From an uncultured delta proteobacterium (lineage in GTDB: Bacteria > Desulfobacterota > Binatia > UBA9968), in the NCBI GenBank assembly GCA_963804165.1, contig CAWDPO010000043.1, positions 224,001 to 288,000 on the forward strand: a stretch of DNA of 64,000 nucleotides, written 5' to 3'. This document shows, piece after piece, positions 10,609-21,300 of the stretch. Every line of letters begins with the position of its first letter. Positions within the stretch are counted from its first letter, which is position 1. A model generated the notes under the pieces. The model was not told the DNA's origin, ran no database searches, and saw only the letters and a program-made list of their open reading frames with translations. The translations under genes were made by a program, and so were the position numbers.

Positions 10609-11203
10609 ATGAAAATCTTCAGATTTGGACTTGGTTTATGGATTTTTGTCTTTTTTATTGCCTTCGCTTCTCAGCGCAGGCGACGCCACCAAACAACTAA
10701 GCACGACGATTGATGGTTTTGTACCCATCATCAGCAACACCCCGCGCGAGGAATTGCAGGCAAATGGGATGCCTGAGAGCGCGCGTAAATTGGTGCTCGC
10801 TCGTTTCGATTTTTCTGAAATGACGAAGCGCTCGTTGGGTCAGCACTGGAAGTCGCTGAATCGGGGGGAACAGAAGCAATTTGTCGACGCCTTTACACAA
10901 TGGCAATTGATTTCTTATGGCAGAATCGTGCGCTCCTCTCGAGGCGATGAAGTTCAATTCAACCGTGAACTTCAGGATGGTAAGGATGTGAGCGTCGAGA
11001 CCAAGGTCGTGCGCCGCTACAGTGAGGATTTACCGATCGACTACTGGCTGCATAACGTCAACGGGCAGTGGAAAGTATACAATATGGTGATCGATCATGT
11101 GGATATCGTTAAAAATGTTCGCGCTCAATTTGAACGTGTAGTTGCCAAATCGTCACTTCAAGAGCTGCTCCAAAGGGTCAAAGATCAGAACCCGCGTTCA
11201 TGA
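10609..11203 (+). CDS. MlaC/Ttg2D-family phospholipid-binding protein; indel in T-run near 10655
   Basis: RBS GGAG plus ATG 10609 (MKIFRFGLGLWIFVF) joins the frame with FDFSEMTKRSLGQHWK, IDYWL, WKVYNMVID. Confidence 0.85.
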
Positions 11204-11510
11204 ATGCTGGAGTCGACTCTACGACAATCGCTCCGCATGGCGCTATCGGTACAGAGATCGTTATGACGACTAAGAATAGCGCGTCTTAAGCTGAAACATT
11301 TTTGATGCCCAAGGAGCAGGAGGCACCTTGATCCGACAATAATGGCAGCCTGGATCTAAATCCCAGAAAAAGAAGCCGAAGAAACCGAAGAAGCGCTAAC
11401 TTCATATCCTCCGCGCCTCCTTGCGCGTACAGTGCGTCGGGCGAGTGAACCAACGCGGGTAAGGTGCGCCCGCCGAGGCGAGATCCTGATCCGCGACCAC
11501 TGAGGAGAAC

Positions 11511-11738
11511 ATGAATAACAACGAGATAGGGCGGATTTGGGCGGAATATTACCCGAAGTCGGGGGACAACAGAGATGCTCTTCAATTATGCGGGATGATC
11601 TGTCGCCTGATCCGAGCCGAGACCAGACGCGGTTTTGTTCTTACTAGGTCCGGTAGACTACAGCGTGTTCTAGATACCTGTGGCATTCCCAAAGCCGACT
11701 TTGACCAGGTCGAAAAATGGTTGTTTAAGGAGATGTGA
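11511..11738 (+). CDS. Small hypothetical protein (75 aa)
   Basis: GAGGAG RBS 3 nt before ATG; protein-like composition. Confidence 0.55.
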   Translation: MNNNEIGRIWAEYYPKSGDNRDALQLCGMICRLIRAETRRGFVLTRSGRLQRVLDTCGIPKADFDQVEKWLFKEM

Positions 11739-12032
11739 GTAAGCGCCCGCCTCAAGCGCCGGTCGACGTAGTAAGTGATGTCGCAGCGCAAGACCTGACC
11801 ATCGAGGTCTTGTGACGCTACACGCTCCGATTGTTCTCCCCTCTTGTGCTCCTCGATACAAGCAGCCATTAGAATACCAAACTCGGCAGATCCCTTTCGC
11901 ACGCGCGGAGCAATCGATCATACTGATCCGCCGGCATCTCGATCCGGATCTTCATGATACGCTCGGGACGGTGACTTTCACCCGGCGACGCTATCCCTCG
12001 ACGTAGTCGAACACAAGAACGAAACCGCACTC

Positions 12033-12269
12033 TCAGAAGGGACCGGCGGAGGTCATGATTTCTAGAGCGGCTTGACGATCAATCGGGCTCGCAAAGTCGT
12101 GCAGCTGTTTTGCCTCGTCCAGCTCGCAGACGATCTGAACGCAAGAACCGCCGCTCTGCTGGCGAACAATGCAGCCATTGCTGAGGACGGCGTACAGGCG
12201 AGACGACGTCGGACATCTATTGCTCAATCGAATGTAGCTGACAGGAGACAGTTCGATCGTCACCTTCAT
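12033..12269 (-). CDS. Small hypothetical protein, paralog of 6316..6567
   Basis: MKVTIELSPVSYIRL...SRLYAVLSNGCI...IVCELDEAKQLHDFAS aligns with 6316..6567. Confidence 0.65.
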   Translation of the reverse strand: MKVTIELSPVSYIRLSNRCPTSSRLYAVLSNGCIVRQQSGGSCVQIVCELDEAKQLHDFASPIDRQAALEIMTSAGPF

Positions 12270-12319
12270 TGGGGGTGCCAAGATATTCCGGCGTTTCGAA
12301 AAAAACAAATGGCCTAACA

Positions 12320-12590
12320 ATGGCTGACGTAACCATGTTCCAACTCCGGTCCGACGTCTGGGAGTTTCTCCTGGAGGCGCTTCCCAACGGTTCCAGCGAG
12401 TACTTTTTAATACGGACCGTCACGGTCGTCGTAGCAGTCTCGGCGCATTTCCTCGTCGATCTGAGCGTGGCGCCGGTTATTAAACCCGACTGCAAGTACC
12501 GCGGTGGATGTTTCTGGTGATTGGCTAGGCTACGTTTCGGAGTCGTCGCAGCGATCATTCACGACGCATTCGTTGCAGAGAGCAGCGGCA
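12320..12590 (+). pseudogene. Possible third, degenerate member of the same small family, divergent from 12269
   Basis: WEFLLEALPNGSSEYFLIR ... ARLRFGVVAAIIHDAF loosely parallels the family; broken by indels or a stop near 12518. Confidence 0.3.
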
Positions 12591-12599
12591 CTTTACCAG

Positions 12600-12774
12600 C
12601 CACGCCTATGACTCAACGTTCGTTACAGAAGCCGATCGTCATTTCGGGCACGCTGGCGATAACTAGCGCGACCCGGAATCTAGGAATTTCAGTTACCTCT
12701 GGATACCGGCTTCGCCGGTATGACGGCAAAGAGGCGCACGAGATATTTAACGAACTTCGGATACAGGACACTAG
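12600..12774. mobile_element. MITE-like element with a GTCAT...ATGAC REP-type core and a CTAG-ended terminus
   Basis: Right end GAACTTCGGATACAGGACACTAG resembles the ends at 18289 and 59320; core hairpin ATACCGGC-TTC-GCCGGTAT; left end degenerate. Confidence 0.6.
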
Positions 12775-12832
12775 CGAGAGTCGCGAAACCACTGCAGCTA
12801 CTTTATTAGCGAGTGAGAATATCCGCCGGTCT

Positions 12833-13282
12833 TCACGCCGCCGTGTCGCCGCCCCTTCTTCCAGTTGGAAACATCGACTCCAGATATTCACCGAGGATCC
12901 GGCAGACGTCGATCGCGGATAAAATGCCCGCGAGTTTGCCCTGGCGTTGCACGATGACCGAGCCGATGCGCCGCTTGGCCATTTCAAACACGACCTCGTT
13001 CAACGGCGTGCGAAACGGCACGATGTAAGGATCGGGGATCATGATGCGGCGCGCCTGGATCGTCTCTTTCTCCGCCTCCGGGGCGTCGCGCTTGACGTAG
13101 TGATGCAGGTCCCGCTCGGACACGATGCCGACAACCTTGCCCTTGTTTTGGACAGGCAAATGACGGATACCGTGCTCGTCCATCATGCGTTCCAACTTAC
13201 TCGCCGTGTCGTCGGCCTCGACGAAGTAGGGAAAGGACGTCATCACCGCGCCCACGACCGGCATCTTTACGCTTTTCTTCAT
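12833..13282 (-). CDS. CBS-pair domain protein
   Basis: IRHLPVQNKGKVVGIVSERDL and IGSVIV...GKLAGILSAID. Confidence 0.9.
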   Translation of the reverse strand: MKKSVKMPVVGAVMTSFPYFVEADDTASKLERMMDEHGIRHLPVQNKGKVVGIVSERDLHHYVKRDAPEAEKETIQARRIMIPDPYIVPFRTPLNEVVFEMAKRRIGSVIVQRQGKLAGILSAIDVCRILGEYLESMFPTGRRGGDTAA

Positions 13283-13324
13283 CTACACTGCTCCCGCGTC
13301 TCTTTCTCCCGCCAAACCAAATCT

Positions 13325-15695
13325 TTACAAATTCGTCCAGCGCCAATCGCGAATCTCCGGCAAATCATCGCCGTGCTTCGTGATGTATTCCTTGTGCTCG
13401 ATCAGCTTGTCGCGAATCGCTTGCTTGGCGTAGGCCGCGTGATAGCCGAGCTTCGGCACGCGGTCGATCACGTCCGCGACCAGATGAAACCGGTCCATGT
13501 CATTGCGCACGACCATGTCGAACGGCGTCGTCGTCGTGCCCTCTTCTTTGTAGCCGCGCACGTGCAGATTGTTATGATTGGTCCGGCGATACGTCAGGCG
13601 GTGAATCAGCCAGGGATAGCCATGGTAGGCGAAGATAATCGGCTTGTCGGTGGTAAACAGCGCATCGAAATCCTTCGAAGACAAGCCGTGCGGGTGCTCT
13701 TCCGCCGGTTGCAGCGTCATCAGATCGACGACGTTGATGAAGCGAATTTTCAAGTCGGGCATGGTTCGGCGCAGCAGGTGCACCGCCGCGAGCGTTTCCA
13801 ATGTCGGAATATCGCCGGCGCAGGCCATCACTACGTCGGGCTCCCCGTCCTTGTCGTTGCTCGCCCACTCCCAAATGCCGATACCGGCGGTGCAATGCTT
13901 GATCGCGGCTTCCATGTCTAGATATTGCAATGCCGGCTGTTTTCCCGCGACGATGATGTTGATGAAGTTGCGGCTGCGCAAACAGTGATCGGTGACTGAA
14001 AGCAAGCAGTTTGCATCGGGCGGCAGATAGACGCGGATGATGTCCGCTTTCTTGTTGCAGGCATGATCGATGAAGCCGGGATCCTGGTGCGAAAAGCCGT
14101 TGTGGTCTTGGCGCCAGACATGGGAGGACAGCAGATAATTGAGCGAGGCGATGGGCGCGCGCCAGGGAATTTCCTTGCTCGTGGTCTTGAGCCATTTGGC
14201 GTGCTGGTTGAACATCGAGTCGACGATGTGAATGAAGGCTTCGTAGGAGGAAAACAGGCCATGGCGTGCCGGTGAGCAGATAGCCTTCGAGCCAGCCCTG
14301 ACAGGTATGCTCGCTCAAAATTTCCATCACCCGCCCGTGCGGCGATAGCGTGATATCGTCCGGCGGCCGTATCGGCGAGCCAGGTTTTGTCGGTCACTTC
14401 GAACAGCGCATCGAGGCGGTTGGAGCTGGTTTCGTCGGGACCGAAGACGCGGAAATTTCGCGCGTCCAGGTTGAGCTTCATCACGTCGCGGAGCAGTTTG
14501 CCCATGACGCGCGTCGCTTCGGCAAATACTACGCCGGGTTCTTTAACCTCCACCGCGTAGGCGCGAAAGTCGGGCATGCGCAAATCTTGAAGCAACAGAC
14601 CGCCGTTGGCTACGGGATTGGCGCCCATGCGGCGCTGCGCCCTTGGGCGCCAACGTCTTTGCAGCTCGCGGCACCAGCGCGCCGCCTTGTCGAAAAGCTC
14701 TTCGGGCCTGTAACTTTTCATCCAGTCTTCGAGAATCTTGAGATGCTCCGCCGATTCCATGTTCCCCATCGGTACTTGATGCGAGCGCCAGGTTCCTTCA
14801 ATCTTCTCGCCGTCGACTTCCTTCGGGCCCGGTCCAACCTTTGGGCGTGCGCAGGACGATCATCGGCCAGCGCGGCCGCTGAGCGATGCCGTTGTTGCGC
14901 GCGTCTGTCGTGGATCGTCTTGATCTCGCCGATGACCGTATCGAGCGTCGCCGCCATCGCCTCGTGCATCGGATCGGCTCGTGCGCCTTCGACGAAATAA
15001 GGATGATAGCCGTAGCCGCTGAAACAGGCTCTCCAGCTCTTCTTTACTGATCCGCGCCAGCACCGTCGGATTGGCGATCTTGTAGCCGTTTAAATGCAGG
15101 ATCGGCAGTACCGCGCCGTCACTCGCCGGGTTGAGAAACTTATTCGAGTGCCACGCCGTCGCCAGCGGGCCGGTCTCCGCTTCGCCGTCGCCGATGACGC
15201 AGGCGACGACCAGGTCGGGGTTGTCGAAGGCCGCGCCGTAGGCATGGGAGAGCGCGTAGCCCAACTCTCCGCCTTCATGGATCGATCCGGGAGTCTCCGG
15301 CGCGACGTGGCTCGGAATCCCTCCGGGAAAAGAGAATTGTTTGAAGAGATTTCTGATGCCTTCTTCGTCCTGCGAGATATTGGGATAGACTTCGCTATAG
15401 GTTCCTTCCAGATAGACGTTGGCGACGATGCCCGGGCCGCCGTGGCCGGGACCGGCGATGTAGATCATGTTCAAATCGTTTTTGCCGATCACGCGGTTTA
15501 GGTGGACGTAAATAAAGTTCAATCCCGGCGTCGTGCCCCAGTGGCCGAGCAGCCGCGGTTTGATATGCGCGGTTTCAGCGGTTCTTTGAGCAGCGGATTA
15601 TCGAGCAAATAAATTTGTCCGACGGAGAGATAATTGGCGGCGCGCCAATAAGCGTCGAGGACTGGTGATTTCGTTTTCCGATAAACGTTCGCCAT
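13325..15695 (-). CDS. xfp: Xylulose-5-P/fructose-6-P phosphoketolase, several frameshifts
   Basis: [56 protein letters not shown] spread over several frames; AAGGAGGAGG RBS. Confidence 0.93.
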
Positions 15696-15714
15696 GGCAT
15701 CCTCCTCCTTGTCG

Positions 15715-16947
15715 GTATAACCCGCCGCGGATTGAAACAAACTTGTCGTCTCGCGCGCAATGATCGCTTCTTCATCGCTCGGGATCACATAGACGTGAAT
15801 GCCGCGTCCACAGCCGAGAAATAAGACTTTCCGCGCCGACTGCGATGGAATTATTCTTGTCCTGATCCAGCCGCAAGCCGCACCACTCCATGCCCGCGCA
15901 GATTTTTCCCGGACCACCGGCGCGTTCTCGCCGATACCGCCGCTGAAGACCACGGCTCGGCGCCGCCGAGCGCGCCAGGTAGCGCCCAAATATTTGCGCG
16001 CCCGATAGCAGAACACATCGACGGCCAGCCGTGCCCGCGCATCGGAATCGTAAGCGGAGATCAGTTCGCGCATGTCGTTGGAGCGCCCGGACAAGCCGAG
16101 CAGGCCGGAACGATGGTTGAGCCAGCGTTCGACCTCGGCCGCACTCGACCTTTTCCTTGCGCGCAAGATAGTTCACCAGCGCCGGATCGAGATCCCCGGA
16201 GCGCGTGCCCATCACCAAACCTTCGAGCGGCGTGAAGCCCATCGATGTGTCCACCGAGCGGCCGGCGCGGATCGCACACGCGGAACAGCCATTGCCCAGA
16301 TGCAGCGTCACGATATCGATCTCGCGCCCGGCCGGCCAGTCAGCTCGCCATAGCGCAGCAGCGAATATCGATGCGCCATACCGTGAAAGCCGTAGCGGCG
16401 AATATGGCGTGTTTTTTGGCAAGCTCGACAGTCGATGGCATAGGTCGCCGCGGTCGCGGAGATCGTGTGCGTGAAAAGCGGTATCGAATACCGCCGCCAT
16501 CGGCAGTGCCGGACCGAAAATTTTCCGCGCCGCGTGAATGCCGTCTACCGCCGCCGGATTATGCAGTGGCGCCAAGTCGTTCAACGATTCGATGCGCGCG
16601 AGCACATCATCGTTGATTGCCACCGCCGAGGTGAAAAGATCTCCGCCGTGTACCACGCGGTGGCCGACGGCGTCGACCTGCCGCTCGCCGGCGCCACTGG
16701 ACGTCGTCAAACCAAGGCGCTCGATGATCGCGCGCACTGCGATTTCGTGGTCCGCTGCGGCGAGCTTTTCTTCCGGTGGTGAAATCTTATCCCCGGCTTT
16801 CAGTTTGAAGACGGCAGCATCGCCGAGACGGTCGATCAGTCCCACCACGAGCTTGCGGTCTCGAATCGTCGCGGCTGAATCCTCGGCAGCTTCTATGAGT
16901 TGAAACTTCACCGAAGAGCTGCCGCAGTTCAGCACCAGAACATTCAT
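15715..16947 (-). CDS. ackA: Acetate kinase, several frameshifts, exact stop uncertain
   Basis: [63 protein letters not shown]. Confidence 0.92.
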
Positions 16948-17030
16948 AAGATTATTTTACGAGAAATCGCGTGGAAATCGACCTCGGGCAACGAATCGTC
17001 GCGAGTCAATTCGATAGCAACGGGGAATTT

Positions 17031-17057
17031 GTAGGGGCAGACCCCTGTGTCTGCCCT
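17031..17057 (+). repeat. GTAG-type REP palindrome
   Basis: GTAG followed by the stem GGGCAGAC...GTCTGCCC. Confidence 0.65.
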
Positions 17058-17236
17058 CTTCGAATATATTGCTGTCTATTGGCGGAGCAATCGATATGCC
17101 ACGAACCCAGCCGTGAGAAATTGTAAATATCTGAAGTTCCCGACACCTTTCGCGGCGAGACCTAGTTTGAGATTGCGTGCAAGCTGTGCAGGGCGACGTT
17201 TTTATGCAGCCCTTTGATGAATGGTTGAGAGAGACC

Positions 17237-17959
17237 TTACGGTCCTACGGGCGATGTTTCGAGAAACTCCACCGGCAACGGCACCTCCTGCACCGAACCG
17301 TAGACCGCGCGCATGCTGTAGGCCCGTGGCCCCCGCTTCGACGTGATGACTTTATGAATTTCCGTGCCGATGAAATGCACGCCGGTCCAGTCCTCGATCG
17401 CGACCCCGGCGGCGAGTTCCCCCGAGGCCAAAAGCCGATGATACGAAGGCCGGCGCTGCGCCTCGCCGTCATAGTGCGGGCAGCAACTGCCCGGGAGAAA
17501 GCCCAGACAATCGAGCGGACGCAGCGCATCCGAAAAAGAATCCGTCAAGCCTTGCTCGAACCAGCAGATCGCACCCGCGCTCACGCCCGTGAGCACGACG
17601 CCCGATTGCCAGGCCTCGCGGAGGATTTCCACAACACCCCAATCGCGCCATAGGGCGAGCAAACTCTTGGTATTGCCGCCGCCCACATAGATCACGTCTT
17701 GATTGAGCAGGAACGAGCGCAGATCCGGCGTGCGCTTGAAAAAAGTGAGCACCGACGGTCGGCAGCCGAGCTTCAGAAACGCCGAGTAAAAACTGGCAAC
17801 GTAATGATCCGGCTCGCCGCTTGCCGTCGGCACGAAGGCGACGCGCCCATTTTCCGCGCCGCTTTGGCGAATGATGTATTTCTCAAGCTCAAGATTTTCC
17901 GGGTCACGATAAAATCCGCCGCCGCCGATGGGAATGATCTGTTGAGGTCGGTCCGCCAT
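17237..17959 (-). CDS. pepE: Peptidase E (S51 family)
   Basis: FVPTASGE, VIYVGGGNT, GVSAGAICW nucleophile, CPHY. Confidence 0.88.
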   Translation of the reverse strand: MADRPQQIIPIGGGGFYRDPENLELEKYIIRQSGAENGRVAFVPTASGEPDHYVASFYSAFLKLGCRPSVLTFFKRTPDLRSFLLNQDVIYVGGGNTKSLLALWRDWGVVEILREAWQSGVVLTGVSAGAICWFEQGLTDSFSDALRPLDCLGFLPGSCCPHYDGEAQRRPSYHRLLASGELAAGVAIEDWTGVHFIGTEIHKVITSKRGPRAYSMRAVYGSVQEVPLPVEFLETSPVGP

Positions 17960-18046
17960 TGTTCTGCCCGTCTCGTTGATGATTCGCGAACATAAAGCAG
18001 TGTTGTCATCAACACAAGACTATTTAATCGCTCAGGGCTTCCCAAA

Positions 18047-18080
18047 ACCCTCGCCCCCTGGGAGAGGGTTTGGGTGAGGG
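18047..18080 (+). repeat. CCCTCTCCC/GGGAGAGGG-type palindromic repeat
   Basis: ACCCTCGCCCCCTGGGAGAGGGTTTGGGTGAGGG; related copy at 54541..54576. Confidence 0.65.
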
Positions 18081-18086
18081 TACAGA

Positions 18087-18289
18087 CTGGTAATTTGTTT
18101 TACGGAAGTTCATTTAGGAAGTCATAGCGATGGCAGCGCTAAAGTCGAATTCAAATCCCCCTTTGTCCCCCTTTTTCAAAGGGGGATTTTTCTCCGTGGA
18201 ATTCTAACCCCTCTTTGGAAAAGAGGGGAAGGGGAGATTTTCGGACGGGATGACGGGAATTATGCGAAAACTTCTGAGACAGGAACTAG
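18087..18289. mobile_element. MITE, about 200 bp, homologous to 59088..59320
   Basis: Colinear with the 59088 copy; hairpins CCCCCTTT..AAAGGGGG and CCCCTCTTT..AAAGAGGGG; ends in CTAG. Confidence 0.8.
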
Positions 18290-18321
18290 TACATGGTTTC
18301 CCGTGTCAACAGAAAAACAAA

Positions 18322-21300
18322 CTAGCGCCTGCGGCGCGGCGACCGACCGCGCGCACTCGGTTTTTTCGACGGAGGTTTCTGCTCAGCTCTTTTTGGCCTC
18401 GAATTATTCGCCGCCGTGCAACTTCCCGGTCGAATCGTATCCGCCAGCCGGCGCAATCGTTGCGCGATCGCCGTATCCGCCTTCACTCGGCTTGTCCCGA
18501 TTCGAGTCGCAGCCTTGGCATCGAATAAAAGGGCCAGCAGACACAACTGCTGAGTGACGGAGTCGAGATCCTTGGGCACGATTTGAATATGGGCGAGCGC
18601 CTCCGTGTAGTGTCGGCTCACTTCCTCGAAGGCTTTCTCGCTTTTCCCGTCCTCGTTAGCCAATGCTCCGGTACACAACGATTCAACTAGATACGCGTCT
18701 GCTGCCATGACCGCGTTCCAAACATCGGGTGACTGCTTGAATCTGTCGTTCGCTTTGCCGGCGCACACAGCGCACTCCTGAACGCCTTCTTTATAAATTC
18801 CTTCGAGTGCCCTCAGCGCCAACCCGTTGAGCGCCGGATAAGGATCGAAGCGCTCGTCGGTCGCTTTCCCCGACCCGATCTCGTAGGCCTCGATGCTCGC
18901 CTGCACCGCGTCGTTGAACTCTTTCACCGTGGCTGCGGCGGTGTCGCCGGCGATGATCCTGTTTGCAAAGATTGCCGCTTTGCGTTTGTATGCGCTGCCG
19001 ATAACGGCTGCGCGCTCGACGTTCGCCGACAAACCCGCTTTGTCCGTTTTTGCAGAGCCGTCATCCGCCGGCCCGGCGGCAATGTGATTTAGATTTTTCA
19101 GGCGCGCGAGCGCGCGCTCGGCCAATTCGGCATCTCCGCTGCTTTCCGCAAGCCGAGATTCCAAGTTAGCCAATTGCTCGATGGCGGCGATCGGCACACG
19201 GCCGACTTTGTCCTCCGCGGCGATAGCAAATCTATAAAACTTGCGCGCATCTTCAAAATGTTCGACGCCGAGCAACGCGTAGGTCTGCGCCAGCTCGAAA
19301 TTCACGGCGGGTTTGCCCAGCCAATTTCTTGGACAACGGCTGAGAAGCTGTTTAAGTTCTGCGCCGATGCTCTTGGCGTCCGAGGGGGTCATCGACTCGC
19401 GGCGCCGGTAGATGTGAATGCGCAGCCGTTCGATTTGATCGATCAATTCTTCTGGCGCGATAAATCTACCGACATCCTCGCCACCGCCGTTGGACTCGGC
19501 GCGCGGATCCACGCGCCATCCCGGATCGCCGTAGGCTTGATAGGCGCCCCACGTGATGCTGCTGCCGTGTTTGCGGTAAGTCTCTCTGCGAGCTTCGAAT
19601 ATGGCGTCGCCGAACTGCAATTTGTCCTGCAGAATGCAGCGATAAAAAGTATCGGCGAAGCTGAGCGCAGCATCGTCGTCGACCGCCCATCCTGCCGCGA
19701 TCACACAGCGCACGCCGATCTCGATCAACTCGCGCGAGATGCTGTAAGCCAAACGATTGTATGCGATGGGCGTAGGATTCGCTTTTGCCAGATGACAGCA
19801 ATTGAGAAATACCAGGTCCGGAACGATCTCCATTTGGCCGATCTCGGCGGCTCCCAGCAACAGTCCATCGGACAGCACGACGCCGGTGCGAGTCACGCCG
19901 TCTGCCGCCGGCTGTTCGAAAAGGCCGTGCGCCGCGATGTGCACGATACGATACGGTTTTTGGTAAAGCGGCGTGATCACGTCTAGCGCCTTGCGCCCTT
20001 GGCCGATCGATGACTCGACCTGATAACCGTGGCGATTCAAGGCTTCCACGACCGCGCCCGCTTCTTCTTCCGCGCCGGCCAACGAATCCAATCCCTCGGT
20101 GGGTTGTCGATTCGGAAACGGAAACATCTTGAAGAAGTTTTCCGTTGACGGGTTCCCGATCACGTAGGCGAGAGGCTGCAGCGACTGGCGCACTTGGCGC
20201 CGAAAACGGCTGGATGAGAGTTGCCTGATCATGTGCGCGCCCACGGCGAGCGGTTCTTGATCCGCGAGCATCAGCTCCCAAGGCAAATTAGCGGTGTAGC
20301 CGTCGAGCACGAGCACGATGCGGTCGAGCTGGCGCGCCGCGTCTTTGAAATCCTGCGGCACCATCAGTTGAAACAGCGTCCGGCAAAACTCCGGTTGATA
20401 GCTCTGCGCACGAATCTGTTGTGCTATCAGCGACTCCACCAAACCGGGCTGGCGCTGCTGTACGATGGTTTCAGCGCGGGCGCGCTGGCCGACGTGCACG
20501 AAGCGCAAGCGCTCGGCGATCTTCGTCGGTTGCTTCGATCGATCCCCTTCGGCTCGCGGCGACTCGTCGACAGTCGGCTGGGACGAACCGTCTTCATCGC
20601 CGTCGGCGTTCGTGATGATCATGCGCGGCCAGTGGGCAACAGCCCGGCTATCGTCGAGTCGTTGCCGAACACCGATGCCTCGATCCAGTTCCTCGGGCAC
20701 TTCCAGGCGCACGCCGAGCTGACGGATGTCCGCGTTCATCTCTGCCGCAAAATCCGTCAATGAGTGCATCGCCGAGATTGCGCTATCGAGATACAACTCG
20801 ACGATTTCCAATGAGGATATCCTTAAAGAGCCGGCAGTCGCCTCGTTAAATTTAAGATTGCCCTCGACGACGCCGCGGATCAGCGCTTCAATGGAGGCAG
20901 CGACTGTAAGGTTTGCCGTGGAATTATAGCCCAATATCAGAGTGGACAGAGCGATTTCACCGCTGCGCCCGCCGCTGCAGTCGGCGTACTGGAGAAGGTA
21001 GCGAACGGCGCCTGTCCGCACCGCTTCGGTCAGCGTATTCGCTGACAGCGTGCCATCGTATTGCCCTAACCCCGTGACCACTGCCCCGCAAAAACTCCCG
21101 CGCAACCGCTCGGCGTCGTTGGGCAAGCGCAACACGACCACCGCGGTGCCGACCGGGCCGGCGTAAAGGCCCATGTTGTAGCGCTCGCTCAAGGCGCGGT
21201 CGACCACATCACGATCGATAATCGATTCCGCGCCGGAAATGGCGTCCTGTTCATAGTGGCCGACCATGATCGGCTGGGTCACGAAACGAAGATCCATCGC

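Noticed and set aside
12518-12520. In-frame TGA between ORFs 12269..12520 and 12521..12922 as selenocysteine or readthrough
   Set aside because: No SECIS-like hairpin is evident, the downstream ORF runs through a MITE, and indels explain the join.
12947-13921. Long overlapping ORFs such as this one, 33675..34760 and 39545..40429
   Set aside because: Stop-poor antisense frames of GC-rich genes with no recognisable motifs.
13325-16947. Apparent ackA-xfp fusion and pseudogenisation
   Set aside because: Indels are very dense here, including a likely compensating pair at the xfp start (would read [17 protein letters not shown]), and xfp has its own strong RBS. Poor consensus is the simpler explanation; read polishing would decide.
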